Translations under genes and position numbers: made by a program
Notes under the pieces: model-generated
The model's database searches: none
What the model was told of the DNA's origin: nothing
The model's input: only the letters and a program-made list of their open reading frames with translations
Part shown: positions 8,846 to 16,858 of the stretch, in pieces
Numbering within the stretch: position 1 is the first letter of the stretch
Layout: each line of letters starts with the position of its first letter
Origin: Copranaerobaculum intestinale
GTDB lineage: Bacteria > Bacillota_I > Bacilli_A > Erysipelotrichales > Erysipelotrichaceae
Assembly (NCBI RefSeq): GCF_009831105.1
Contig: NZ_WUUQ01000002.1
Location: forward strand, 270,001 to 302,000
Direction of reading: 5' to 3'
DNA: 32,000 nucleotides

Positions 8846-8897
8846 AAAACAATCTCAGGCTTTCCCCAATAAGGTAAGCAATTAGATTGTTTTTTTA
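8846..8897. terminator. Bidirectional terminator between the ParB-like gene and the NUDIX gene
   Basis: AAACAATCT (8847-8855) pairs with AGATTGTTT (8884-8892). An inner GCTT/AAGC helix is present, with an A-run on one side and a T-run on the other. The NUDIX stop (8895-8897) lies in the T-run. Confidence 0.55.
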
Positions 8898-9353
8898 AAT
8901 GATCTCATACTTCCATTCCTGTTCATCATCCTGATAATAATAAAATTCGTTTAGAGTATCCTTTTCAAAGATCGGCAGCATCTCCAGAAAGTCATCTGCG
9001 AGCTTATAATTCTTCAGTGCTTCCTTGGTAATCCAGAAAACCTCACCCTCTGAGGAGCTTTTTAATTCACCCGTAAATTGATCACACGTATATAAAAGCA
9101 CTACATAGCGGGCATGATCATCCGTCTGATATTGTTTGATACCGCAGAGCGAAGGATGCTCAATGGTCAAATTGGTCTCTTCCAAGACTTCGTGGATGAC
9201 CGAGCGGGTAAAGGATTCTCCCGATTCGACATGACCGCCGGGGAAAGCGATGCCTGGCCAATATTTTGAAGTGCGGTTTTGTACCAGTATTTCTCCTTTT
9301 TGGTTGGTAATCATACATAAATTTGTAAAGATAGCGGCTTCCTTTCTGCTCAT
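8895..9353 (-). CDS. NUDIX hydrolase (MutT/8-oxo-dGTPase-like)
   Basis: Nudix box GGHVESGESFTRSVIHEVLEETNL (Gx5Ex7REUxEExGU pattern). 152 aa, with SD GAAAGGA upstream. Confidence 0.9.
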   Translation of the reverse strand: MSRKEAAIFTNLCMITNQKGEILVQNRTSKYWPGIAFPGGHVESGESFTRSVIHEVLEETNLTIEHPSLCGIKQYQTDDHARYVVLLYTCDQFTGELKSSSEGEVFWITKEALKNYKLADDFLEMLPIFEKDTLNEFYYYQDDEQEWKYEII

Positions 9354-9379
9354 TTATTTCATCCTTTCTCACATTTGAT

Positions 9380-9408
9380 ATTTTATCATAAGTGTTATAC
9401 ATAAACAA
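9380..9408 (-). promoter_or_regulatory. Promoter of the NUDIX gene
   Basis: On the minus strand: TTGTTT (9408-9403), 17 nt, then TGaTAAAAT (9388-9380). Confidence 0.4.
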
Positions 9409-9431
9409 TTCAACTGGCGGGGCTATGCTTA

Positions 9432-9440
9432 TGCTATAAT
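9432..9440 (+). promoter_or_regulatory. Extended -10 promoter of the TrmH-family / hydrolase operon
   Basis: TGcTATAAT at 9432-9440, 20 nt upstream of the ATG at 9460. The implied leader is very short and contains AGGAG. Confidence 0.35.
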
Positions 9441-9459
9441 AACAATAGGAGCTGATCGC

Positions 9460-10191
9460 ATGGAAATTACATCAAAAACAAATCAAAAAGTAAAACAATG
9501 GGTACGATATCACCAGAAAAAGTACCGAGATGAGGATCAAAAGTTTCTCATTGAGGGAGAACATCTGATTGAAGAAGCAATCAAGCATGCTGCTATTGAG
9601 TGCATTATGGTGAGAAAAGGAGTAAAACATGCTTTTTCGTCATATCCTTGTTATGTGTGCAGCGATGATGTGATGGATAAATTGAGTATGAGTGTGTCAA
9701 AAGCCGATATCATGGCTTGTGTTTCCTATTTAAAAGCACCGATGAAGTGGGGAAACCGACTGGTTTTGCTGGATCAGGTGCAGGATCCGGGAAATGTCGG
9801 TACGATCATCCGTACCGCCTGTTCCTTTGGCTTTGATGGGGTAATTCTATCCGATCAGGCAGTAGATCTTTATAATGAGAAGCTGATACGTTCGACCCAA
9901 GGGGCGCTGTTTCATATTCCGGTGTGGCGCCAATCGTTGCTTGAGGCGTTGGAAATCTGTCATAATCATCAAATTCCCGTATATGCAACCAGCTTACATA
10001 AAGCGGTTACACTCAGTGACATGAAGCGGGTTTCTTCCTGTGCATTGATTTTCGGTAATGAAGGAAGCGGCGTATCACCGGAATTATTAGCGAAGAGTGA
10101 TCAAAATATCATAATTGAAATGACCGCTTTTGAATCCTTGAATGTTGCGGTTGCGGCCGGTATTTGCATGTATCACTTTCGAAAGGACTGA
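9460..10191 (+). CDS. SpoU/TrmH-family RNA 2'-O-methyltransferase
   Basis: 243 aa with SPOUT motifs (LLDQVQDPGNVGTIIRTA; LIFGNEGSGVS; ESLNVAVAAGI). It lies upstream of pheST, as B. subtilis ysgA does. Confidence 0.88.
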   Translation: MEITSKTNQKVKQWVRYHQKKYRDEDQKFLIEGEHLIEEAIKHAAIECIMVRKGVKHAFSSYPCYVCSDDVMDKLSMSVSKADIMACVSYLKAPMKWGNRLVLLDQVQDPGNVGTIIRTACSFGFDGVILSDQAVDLYNEKLIRSTQGALFHIPVWRQSLLEALEICHNHQIPVYATSLHKAVTLSDMKRVSSCALIFGNEGSGVSPELLAKSDQNIIIEMTAFESLNVAVAAGICMYHFRKD

Positions 10192-10194
10192 CGC

Positions 10195-10887
10195 ATGAAA
10201 GCACTTGTTTGTATTCATGGATTCGGCGGACTTCGTATTAAGGACTTTGATTATCTGCGGGATCAGTGCCGTGAGGATGGACTTCCGTATTTTGATTTCA
10301 ATATGTATGATCAAACAGAATGTCCTGACTGGCGGCTGTGGGTAAAGCGTGCGTATCGTGAGGTACAGTCAGTATGTGAACAGGGCTATGAGGTTACACT
10401 GTTGGGATTTTCCATGGGCGGCGTCATCGCCGGTTATCTGGCGTCCCGCTTGCCGGTTCAGCGAGTGGTTTTGGTTGCTCCTGCCTATTTCTATCTGGGC
10501 ATTGACAGTAGCTGCCGTTATCTGAAAAAACTTGGCCGAATGGGAGCGAAGGATGCGCGTGAAATGAATGCTTTTATTCAAGCTCGCTGGTTGAGTGCCC
10601 AATACGTTTTTGAATTTATAAAGCTGACAGGAGTGCTTCGCCAAGCCGTAAAAGAGATTGATAAGCCGGTACTGCTGATCCAGGCATCCAAGGATGATAT
10701 TGTTCCGCCTTATGCGAGTCGCTATGCCATGCGCAAAATACCCCATCAAAATAAACAATGCTGTATGATAGAAGGAGGAAATCATGAAATATTGAATGAT
10801 AAACGGTTAGGCAGGGAGGCCTATTTGCAGATCGCCGCATTCATGGGTGAATCAGCCATGCTGTATAATCAAAGAGACATATCATAA
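10195..10887 (+). CDS. Alpha/beta-fold hydrolase (esterase/lipase-like)
   Basis: N-terminal HGFGG oxyanion-type motif, GFSMGG nucleophile elbow (GxSxG), and a late D...H (KDDIV ... GGNHE). It starts 3 nt after the upstream stop, so it is operonic. Confidence 0.8.
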   Translation: MKALVCIHGFGGLRIKDFDYLRDQCREDGLPYFDFNMYDQTECPDWRLWVKRAYREVQSVCEQGYEVTLLGFSMGGVIAGYLASRLPVQRVVLVAPAYFYLGIDSSCRYLKKLGRMGAKDAREMNAFIQARWLSAQYVFEFIKLTGVLRQAVKEIDKPVLLIQASKDDIVPPYASRYAMRKIPHQNKQCCMIEGGNHEILNDKRLGREAYLQIAAFMGESAMLYNQRDIS

Positions 10888-10917
10888 GGCTGAACAGAGC
10901 TTTGGTAAAGATTGAGC

Positions 10918-10946
10918 TTGAAATAAAGAAATGGATGCTTTATAAT
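10918..10946 (+). promoter_or_regulatory. Promoter of the pheST T-box leader
   Basis: TTGAAA (10918-10923), an exact 17-nt spacer, then TATAAT (10941-10946). Confidence 0.55.
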
Positions 10947-10954
10947 AATAGCTG

Positions 10955-11183
10955 TTAATACGTTGAAAAGGACAAGTAGTAAAGTAACCTGATGAACAGG
11001 GAAAAGCGATCACCGATTGAAAGTCGCTTATCATCAGCCTTTATGAATTCACCTTGGAGTGAGGCTAATTCCCTCCCGTTGCCTAACGGTTATCAAAGGA
11101 ATCTGATAATGAAGTGTGTCGCAAGACGAAGCAGGATGGTACCGCGCTGTATGGCGTTCCTGCAGGTCATGCGGCTTTTTTTA
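10955..11183 (+). promoter_or_regulatory. T-box riboswitch leader of pheS-pheT (Phe specifier UUC)
   Basis: UUC at 11048-11050 followed by A, in the same NNN-A-CCUUGGAG context as the ileS leader. T-box sequence GGAUGGUACCGCG lies at 11134-11146. A hairpin followed by a U7 run (11176-11182) precedes the pheS SD. Confidence 0.9.
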
Positions 11184-11204
11184 TGAAGCGGAAAGGAAAT
11201 GAAT

Positions 11205-12239
11205 ATGGAAAAATTGACGATGTTACGTGAAGAAGGATTGGCTAAAATTGAAGCATGTGCCGATCTGGCGTCATTACAGCAGCTGCGGGTGCTGTATCTG
11301 GGTAAAAAAGGACCGATTCAGGAAGTCATGGGAATGATGAAGGATCTGTCTAAGGAAGAGCGTCCAGCTTTCGGTCAGCAGGTAAATGAAATGAAATCGC
11401 TGCTGTCTAAAGCGATTGATGATCGCCGTGCTTTGCTGGAAGCAAAAGAGATGAATGAAAAGCTGGAACAGGAAAAAATTGATATCACGTTAGATGGTTA
11501 TCAGCCTAAGGTTGCAACGATGCATCCGCTGAATCTGGTTCAGCAGGAAATTGAAGATTTGTTCATCGGGCTTGGCTATACGGTTGCGGAAGGCCCGGAG
11601 GTGGAACTGGATTTCTATAACTTTGAACGTGCCAATATTCCCAAGGATCACCCTGCTCGGGATATGCAGGATACCTTTTATATCAATGCCGAGGAGCTGC
11701 TGAGAACCCATTCAACAGCGATTCAGATGCGCCAGCTTGAGAAATTTTCACCACAGCTGCCAATTAAGGTTATTTGTCCGGGTAAGGTTTATCGCCGCGA
11801 TGATGATGATGCAACGCATTCCCATCAGTTTACGCAGGTAGAAGGCTTGGTTGTCGGTGAAAATATTACGATGAGCGACCTAAAAGGAACCTTGGAATTT
11901 ATGGCTAGAAAAATGTTCGGTGAAAAACGCGTAATTCGTTTCCGTCCGAGCTATTTCCAGTTTACCGAACCGAGTGTTGAGGTTGATGTTTCCTGTCATA
12001 TCTGCGGCGGCAAGGGCTGCGGTGTCTGCAAGGGAACCGGATGGATTGAAATTTTGGGAGCCGGTATGGTTCATCCAAACGTTTTAAAGATGGCCGGTTA
12101 TGATTCATCCAAATGCAGCGGTTTTGCATTTGGGGCAGGCATTGAACGGATCGCCATGCTGAAATACGGCATTGATGATATCCGTCATTTCTATACCAAT
12201 GATCAGCGTTTCTTAAAAACGTTCACACGGTTCGAGTAG
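11205..12239 (+). CDS. pheS: Phenylalanine--tRNA ligase alpha subunit
   Basis: Class II aaRS motifs ([11 protein letters not shown]; [12 protein letters not shown]; [14 protein letters not shown]). ATG 11205 has better SD spacing (AAAGGA ends at 11197); ATG 11199 is the alternative. Confidence 0.96.
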   Translation: MEKLTMLREEGLAKIEACADLASLQQLRVLYLGKKGPIQEVMGMMKDLSKEERPAFGQQVNEMKSLLSKAIDDRRALLEAKEMNEKLEQEKIDITLDGYQPKVATMHPLNLVQQEIEDLFIGLGYTVAEGPEVELDFYNFERANIPKDHPARDMQDTFYINAEELLRTHSTAIQMRQLEKFSPQLPIKVICPGKVYRRDDDDATHSHQFTQVEGLVVGENITMSDLKGTLEFMARKMFGEKRVIRFRPSYFQFTEPSVEVDVSCHICGGKGCGVCKGTGWIEILGAGMVHPNVLKMAGYDSSKCSGFAFGAGIERIAMLKYGIDDIRHFYTNDQRFLKTFTRFE

Positions 12240-12255
12240 GCAGGAGGATAATAAT

Positions 12256-14643
12256 ATGAGAATCAGTAAAAAATGGCTCCAGCAATATCTGGATGTATCA
12301 GATTTAAGCGCTCAGGAAATTGCGGATTGCATTACCGATGCAGGATTAGAGGTTGAGGGATTGGAGGCTATGTCTTCGGGCACTAATCTAATGATCGGTG
12401 AAGTGGAAACATGTGTTGATCATCCCGACAGTGATCACTTACATATCTGCCAGGTAAATTTTGGTGATAAAACAGAGCAGATCATCTGCGGTGCACCCAA
12501 TGTGAGGGCAGGCATCAAGGTGATCGCTGCACTTCCGGGGGCAAAACTGCCGGGTGGTGAGATACAGGCAGGAAACATCCGCGGGCTGGAATCTAATGGC
12601 ATGATCTGTTCCTTGGCAGAGCTGGGAGTTGATCCCAAGCAGCTTCGTGATGATCAGAAAAACGGCATTGAAATTCTTCCGGCAGATGCACCGATTGGAG
12701 ATCGTGATCCCTTGGCTTATTTGGGATTGGATGATGTTGTGCTGGATGTATCATTGACACCAAACCGCAATGACTGCATGGCAGGCTGGGCAATGGCAGT
12801 GGAAACCGGAGCAGTGCTGAATCGCAGTGTCAAGCTGCCAAACTGTGAAGGAGCAGCAAACGAGGGAAGTGCTACACGTTTAAAGGTTTCTTCGACAACG
12901 AAAAAATGTCCATTGTTCTTAGGCAAGGTCATCAATCATGTGACAATCAAGGAATCACCGAAATGGATGAAGGAATTATTAGCCGCAAGTGGTATCAAAT
13001 CAATTAATAATGTTGTCGATATTTCTAATATTGTAATGCTGGAAACCGGTCAGCCGCTTCATTTCTATGATGTAAAAGCGATTCCAGCTCAGGAGATAAC
13101 GGTCAAGGATCAGCTGGAATGTACGTATACGGCATTAGATGGCATTGAATATACCATTGAAAAAGATGATTTGATCATCACCTCAGAAGGCAAGCCGATC
13201 GGCATAGCCGGTATTATGGGTGGTGATGATTCTAAAATCGAAGCCGATACAGCCGGTATTATCATTGAGGCAGCAAGCTTTCATCATGTGAATATCCGCA
13301 ATACCAGCCGCCGGCTCAATCTTTCAACTGATGCGAGCATTCGCTATCAAAAGGGAATTGAACCGTTAGCTGCTTATAAGGCCATGGATCGTGCGGTTGC
13401 GCTATTGAAAGAATACGCCAATGCAGATGGCTTGGAAGCAACCGTTCAGTACGGTGATGACGCGTATACACCGGTGGAGATCACCGTTTCTCCAAGCCGT
13501 ATCAACCGACTGCTGGGAACCGATATTGCGGTTTCGGAAATGGTGGAGGTATGCCGTCGTCTGCAGCTTCAGCCATCGATGCAGGGAGAAGATATTCACG
13601 TTGTGATTCCAAGTGTTCGTCAGGATTTGCTGATTGAAGCGGATATCGCGGAGGAGATCATTCGGATTATTGGATATGATCGATTACCAAGTACAATGCC
13701 GCTGATGCCGGCAACGGTAGGAGCACTCAACGAACGGCAGCAGATGCGGCGCCGGATCCGCAGTCTGTTTACCGGATTTGGTCTGTATGATATGATAACT
13801 TATACGCTTGCTTCACAAAAGCAGGTGGATGATGCGATCATGGGGCTGACACCGGTGGTTGAATTGGCTTCACCGATGAGTGAGGACCGCAAATATGTCC
13901 GCGGCAGCATTCTGCCAAGTCTGCTTGACAGTGTGGCTTATAATCAAAATCGTTCGGTTAAGGAGCTGGCCTGCTTCGAAATGAGCAGTGTTTACGCGAA
14001 AGGAATTGAGGAAGAACATCTGGCAATCGTATTGTGTGATACCCTACAGAAGAGTCAGTGGCAGAATATTGTCATTCCTGCTGATTTCTATACACTGAAA
14101 GGCATCATAAAAACAATGCTGGCACAGTTTGGTTTTGAAGGTACTCGGGTTATTGTAAAACCGAATACTGTAGATGTTGAGCATTTTCATCCAAACAAGA
14201 GCGCTTGCATTTATATCGGTAAGGATTTGCTGGGCATCTTCGGTGATATTCATCCGATGATGGCAAAGCGTTATAATGTATCTTCTGCGGTTATGGCTGA
14301 GTTGAACATGGAAGTACTGTTGAAGAACCGTGCGTCCAAAGTGAAGTTTGCTCCGATTTCCAAATATCCGTCAGTCACTCGTGATCTGGCTTTGGTGGTT
14401 AAGACGGAAACTGCATCGGCGGATATCATTGACACAATTCGTAAGAGCGGCAAGCGTATGGTAACGGATGTAGAAGTATTTGATGTTTATACCGGTGAAC
14501 ACGTAGCCCAGGGAAGTAAGTCCATCGCGCTGCGTGTTACATTCCAGTCTGATGATAAAACGCTGACCGATAAGGAAATCAATGAAGTCTATGAGAAGCT
14601 GCTGAATGCACTGAAACAGGAATTGCAGGCAGAGCTTCGATAA
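12256..14643 (+). CDS. pheT: Phenylalanine--tRNA ligase beta subunit
   Basis: 795 aa with an N-terminal tRNA-binding (EMAP-like) domain, B3/4 and B5 regions and a C-terminal FDX-ACB-like domain (SVTRDLALVV...DVYTGE). SD AGGAGG lies 7 nt upstream. Confidence 0.97.
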   Translation: MRISKKWLQQYLDVSDLSAQEIADCITDAGLEVEGLEAMSSGTNLMIGEVETCVDHPDSDHLHICQVNFGDKTEQIICGAPNVRAGIKVIAALPGAKLPGGEIQAGNIRGLESNGMICSLAELGVDPKQLRDDQKNGIEILPADAPIGDRDPLAYLGLDDVVLDVSLTPNRNDCMAGWAMAVETGAVLNRSVKLPNCEGAANEGSATRLKVSSTTKKCPLFLGKVINHVTIKESPKWMKELLAASGIKSINNVVDISNIVMLETGQPLHFYDVKAIPAQEITVKDQLECTYTALDGIEYTIEKDDLIITSEGKPIGIAGIMGGDDSKIEADTAGIIIEAASFHHVNIRNTSRRLNLSTDASIRYQKGIEPLAAYKAMDRAVALLKEYANADGLEATVQYGDDAYTPVEITVSPSRINRLLGTDIAVSEMVEVCRRLQLQPSMQGEDIHVVIPSVRQDLLIEADIAEEIIRIIGYDRLPSTMPLMPATVGALNERQQMRRRIRSLFTGFGLYDMITYTLASQKQVDDAIMGLTPVVELASPMSEDRKYVRGSILPSLLDSVAYNQNRSVKELACFEMSSVYAKGIEEEHLAIVLCDTLQKSQWQNIVIPADFYTLKGIIKTMLAQFGFEGTRVIVKPNTVDVEHFHPNKSACIYIGKDLLGIFGDIHPMMAKRYNVSSAVMAELNMEVLLKNRASKVKFAPISKYPSVTRDLALVVKTETASADIIDTIRKSGKRMVTDVEVFDVYTGEHVAQGSKSIALRVTFQSDDKTLTDKEINEVYEKLLNALKQELQAELR

Positions 14644-14650
14644 GATTTTT

Positions 14651-14681
14651 AAGCGGGTGTGAAAAACATTCGCTTTTTTTA
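14651..14681 (+). terminator. Intrinsic terminator of pheST
   Basis: AGCGGGUG / CAUUCGCU hairpin with two G-U pairs (14652-14674) followed by a U7 run. Confidence 0.7.
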
Positions 14682-14729
14682 TGTGAGCTCCCTTATTTAT
14701 AGTATAATAAGAAAAAGGCGGGACATGAT

Positions 14730-15179
14730 ATGGAACTAGAAAAAACAGTTCAGATGCTCAGCAATAAAGATGCAAAGCAGGCTTATCAAGCGCTGCTGGA
14801 GCTGGAAAAACGAAGTGAAGACAGTAATGAAGCCTATGCATTTATGGATATTTACATAAAATTGATGGATGCCGATAATTCTTATGAACGAACAAGGGGC
14901 ATCCGCCTGCTGGCGGCAAACGCAAAATGGGATGTGAATCGTAAAATAGAGCCGGTTATCAGTCAGCTGCTCAGCCACATTGAAGATGAAAAACCGATTA
15001 CATCACGTGCGTGTATCAAGGTATTGCCATTGATTGCAAAAGTCAAACCGCATCTAATCGATGGGATGATTCAGGCCTTGGAGAGCTATCACACGATTTA
15101 TGACAGCAGTATGCAGAAGCTGATCAGTCAGGATCGCATGCAGGCAATACGGATTCTCAGACAATATAAAACCGAATAA
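14730..15179 (+). CDS. Hypothetical all-helical protein (HEAT/ARM-like repeats?), 149 aa
   Basis: Clean ORF with an SD-like AAAGGCGGG upstream and its own strong terminator. Composition is helix-rich. I recognise no motif. Confidence 0.55.
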   Translation: MELEKTVQMLSNKDAKQAYQALLELEKRSEDSNEAYAFMDIYIKLMDADNSYERTRGIRLLAANAKWDVNRKIEPVISQLLSHIEDEKPITSRACIKVLPLIAKVKPHLIDGMIQALESYHTIYDSSMQKLISQDRMQAIRILRQYKTE

Positions 15180-15222
15180 AATGCACCTCATTCATTTAAT
15201 CAGCAATGAATGAGGTGCATTT
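15178..15222. terminator. Bidirectional terminator (perfect 16-18 bp stem)
   Basis: ATGCACCTCATTCATT (15181-15196) and AATGAATGAGGTGCAT (15205-15220) form a perfect inverted repeat with an 8-nt loop and AAA/TTT flanks. It lies between convergent genes. Confidence 0.8.
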
Positions 15223-15234
15223 CCATATAGCGTT

Positions 15235-16095
15235 TTATTTGGCAGCAGCCAAACGGTAGATAATAATCTCCGGAGGTGCAAACAGACGTACATCCGTATC
15301 ACGTGTACCCAAACCGTTGGATACGCTTAAAGTTGTCTGCTGGACTTTATAGGTACCCTTATTGTAAGCTTCGGCACCGCTCATTTTATGAAGCGGTCCT
15401 AACAGCGGAAGCGCAATCTGTCCGCCATGAGAATGCCCGGCTACCATGACATTGATGTTATTGGTCGGAAGCTGAGCGATCAGATCAGGACAATGGGTAA
15501 ATACCATATTGAACTCATTGGCGTTGACATTTTGAAATGCTTTGGAAATATCCGGCTGCCCGCCGATCATGGAATCCAAACCAATCAGGGAAATGCTGGC
15601 ATTCGCACCCTTTCGAATCCGCACCAACTGATTGGTGATCATTTCAAAATCACTATTGTATAAGATGCTGGAAACCATATTTTTGATATCTGCATTCATC
15701 AGATCCTGTTCACCGAGCACTGCGAATTTACCGAGCGGAGCATCTAATTTTTTTAGAATTTCTGTCACTTCCTGCTGCTTGGTTTCATCCGGCATCTGTT
15801 TTTCCGGAGCGTAAAAGAGATCACCGCCAAAAATGATCACATCGGGATGTGCGTCATTCAGCCGTTTCATCATTTTGGAAAGACGAGTCTTATCCATATA
15901 GGCGTTATAGTCAATATCACTGATAAAGGCAATCTGCACATTATTCAAGGACTTGGGAATTTTTGAGCTGGCAGCGCTTTGATAATTTAAATTGACCCGT
16001 TCAACGGATACAAACATGCCGTATGCGAGAAAACCGGCAATGATCATAGCGATTGTTAATAGGAACAGCAGAAATTTAAGCAGACGTTTCAGCAT
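15235..16095 (-). CDS. Membrane-anchored calcineurin-like metallophosphoesterase (YkuE-like)
   Basis: N-terminal TM helix with motifs ISDIDYN, GGDLF and GHSHGGQ. SD GAGGTG lies 5 nt upstream of the ATG at 16095. Confidence 0.85.
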   Translation of the reverse strand: MLKRLLKFLLFLLTIAMIIAGFLAYGMFVSVERVNLNYQSAASSKIPKSLNNVQIAFISDIDYNAYMDKTRLSKMMKRLNDAHPDVIIFGGDLFYAPEKQMPDETKQQEVTEILKKLDAPLGKFAVLGEQDLMNADIKNMVSSILYNSDFEMITNQLVRIRKGANASISLIGLDSMIGGQPDISKAFQNVNANEFNMVFTHCPDLIAQLPTNNINVMVAGHSHGGQIALPLLGPLHKMSGAEAYNKGTYKVQQTTLSVSNGLGTRDTDVRLFAPPEIIIYRLAAAK

Positions 16096-16147
16096 GATTA
16101 CACCTCATATTCTTTCTTATTTTATCATAGTCTTATAAAGAAAGGAA

Positions 16148-16828
16148 TTGATATTCGTGTCAGATACGATCAGGAAACAGATTCAGGAAGCCAGTGCTAT
16201 ATCATTATCGATGGCGCTGATGAAAGGTCATATAGAAGATGCTCGATGCACTTGTCTGCATGGTGAGGACTTCACATTATTAATCGGTTCAGGAGATGTT
16301 TTGGAAATGATTGAAACAGAGTGCATGCAGGAAGCACTGTTTCAATATCGCTATGCACAAAGCTCCAAGGTACCGCTGCTTTTAAACAGTGAAGAACCGG
16401 CCCGTCTGGAGCCAGGAAGTATCATCCGCGAGGGTGCTGTGTTAAAAAAGGGATGTATCGTGCTGATGGGAGCGGTCGTCAATATCGGTGCGGTCATCGG
16501 AGAAGAAACAATGATTGATATGAATGCGGTGATCGGTTCAGGAGCAAAGATCGGCAGACGTACCCACATCGGTGCCGGAGCAGTTATTGCCGGTATGTTA
16601 GAGCCGATATGCAAGGATGCGGTGAAGATCGGTGATGATGTATTGATCGGAGCCAATGCTGTTGTATTGGAAGGTATACAAATCGGTAATCAGGCAGTGG
16701 TCGGTGCGGGCAGCGTCGTAACCAGGGATGTACCAGAAGGTATGGTTGTGCAGGGGATACCGGCCCGCGTGGTAAAAGCGCGCTGTGAGATTCGAACAGA
16801 TCCTGCTATCAATGAATCGCTGCGGTAA
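16148..16828 (+). CDS. dapH: 2,3,4,5-tetrahydropyridine-2,6-dicarboxylate N-acetyltransferase
   Basis: Left-handed beta-helix hexapeptide repeats. Close resemblance to DapH in LEPGSIIREGAVL...IGEETMIDMNAVIGSGAKIG..THIGAGAVIAG.LEP...V.IGDDVLIGANAVVLEG. The start is TTG 16148 or GTG 16157. Confidence 0.88.
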   Translation: MIFVSDTIRKQIQEASAISLSMALMKGHIEDARCTCLHGEDFTLLIGSGDVLEMIETECMQEALFQYRYAQSSKVPLLLNSEEPARLEPGSIIREGAVLKKGCIVLMGAVVNIGAVIGEETMIDMNAVIGSGAKIGRRTHIGAGAVIAGMLEPICKDAVKIGDDVLIGANAVVLEGIQIGNQAVVGAGSVVTRDVPEGMVVQGIPARVVKARCEIRTDPAINESLR

Positions 16829-16858
16829 TAAAAAACCGGCTATTGGGCCGGTTTTGCT
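16829..16858. terminator. Bidirectional terminator shared by dapH and rnj
   Basis: AAAACCGGC (16832-16840), loop tattgg, GCCGGTTTT (16847-16855). It is U-rich on both strands. The rnj stop (16840-16842) sits at the loop edge. Confidence 0.8.

Noticed and set aside
10369-10785. 138-aa and 74-aa minus-strand ORFs
   Set aside because: They are antisense to the alpha/beta hydrolase, which has a GxSxG elbow and operon coupling. They have no translation signals.
10992-11186. 64-aa plus-strand ORF
   Set aside because: It lies wholly inside the pheS T-box leader, spanning the specifier loop, T-box and terminator. It is not a gene.
12225-12239. GGTTCGA (tRNA T-loop-like string)
   Set aside because: It sits inside the last codons of pheS (TRFE*). 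No acceptor, D or anticodon arms can be built around it.
16351-16656. 101-aa minus-strand ORF rich in Pro/Ile/Ala
   Set aside because: It is an antisense artefact of the DapH hexapeptide-repeat region. Periodic codon patterns keep the opposite frame open.
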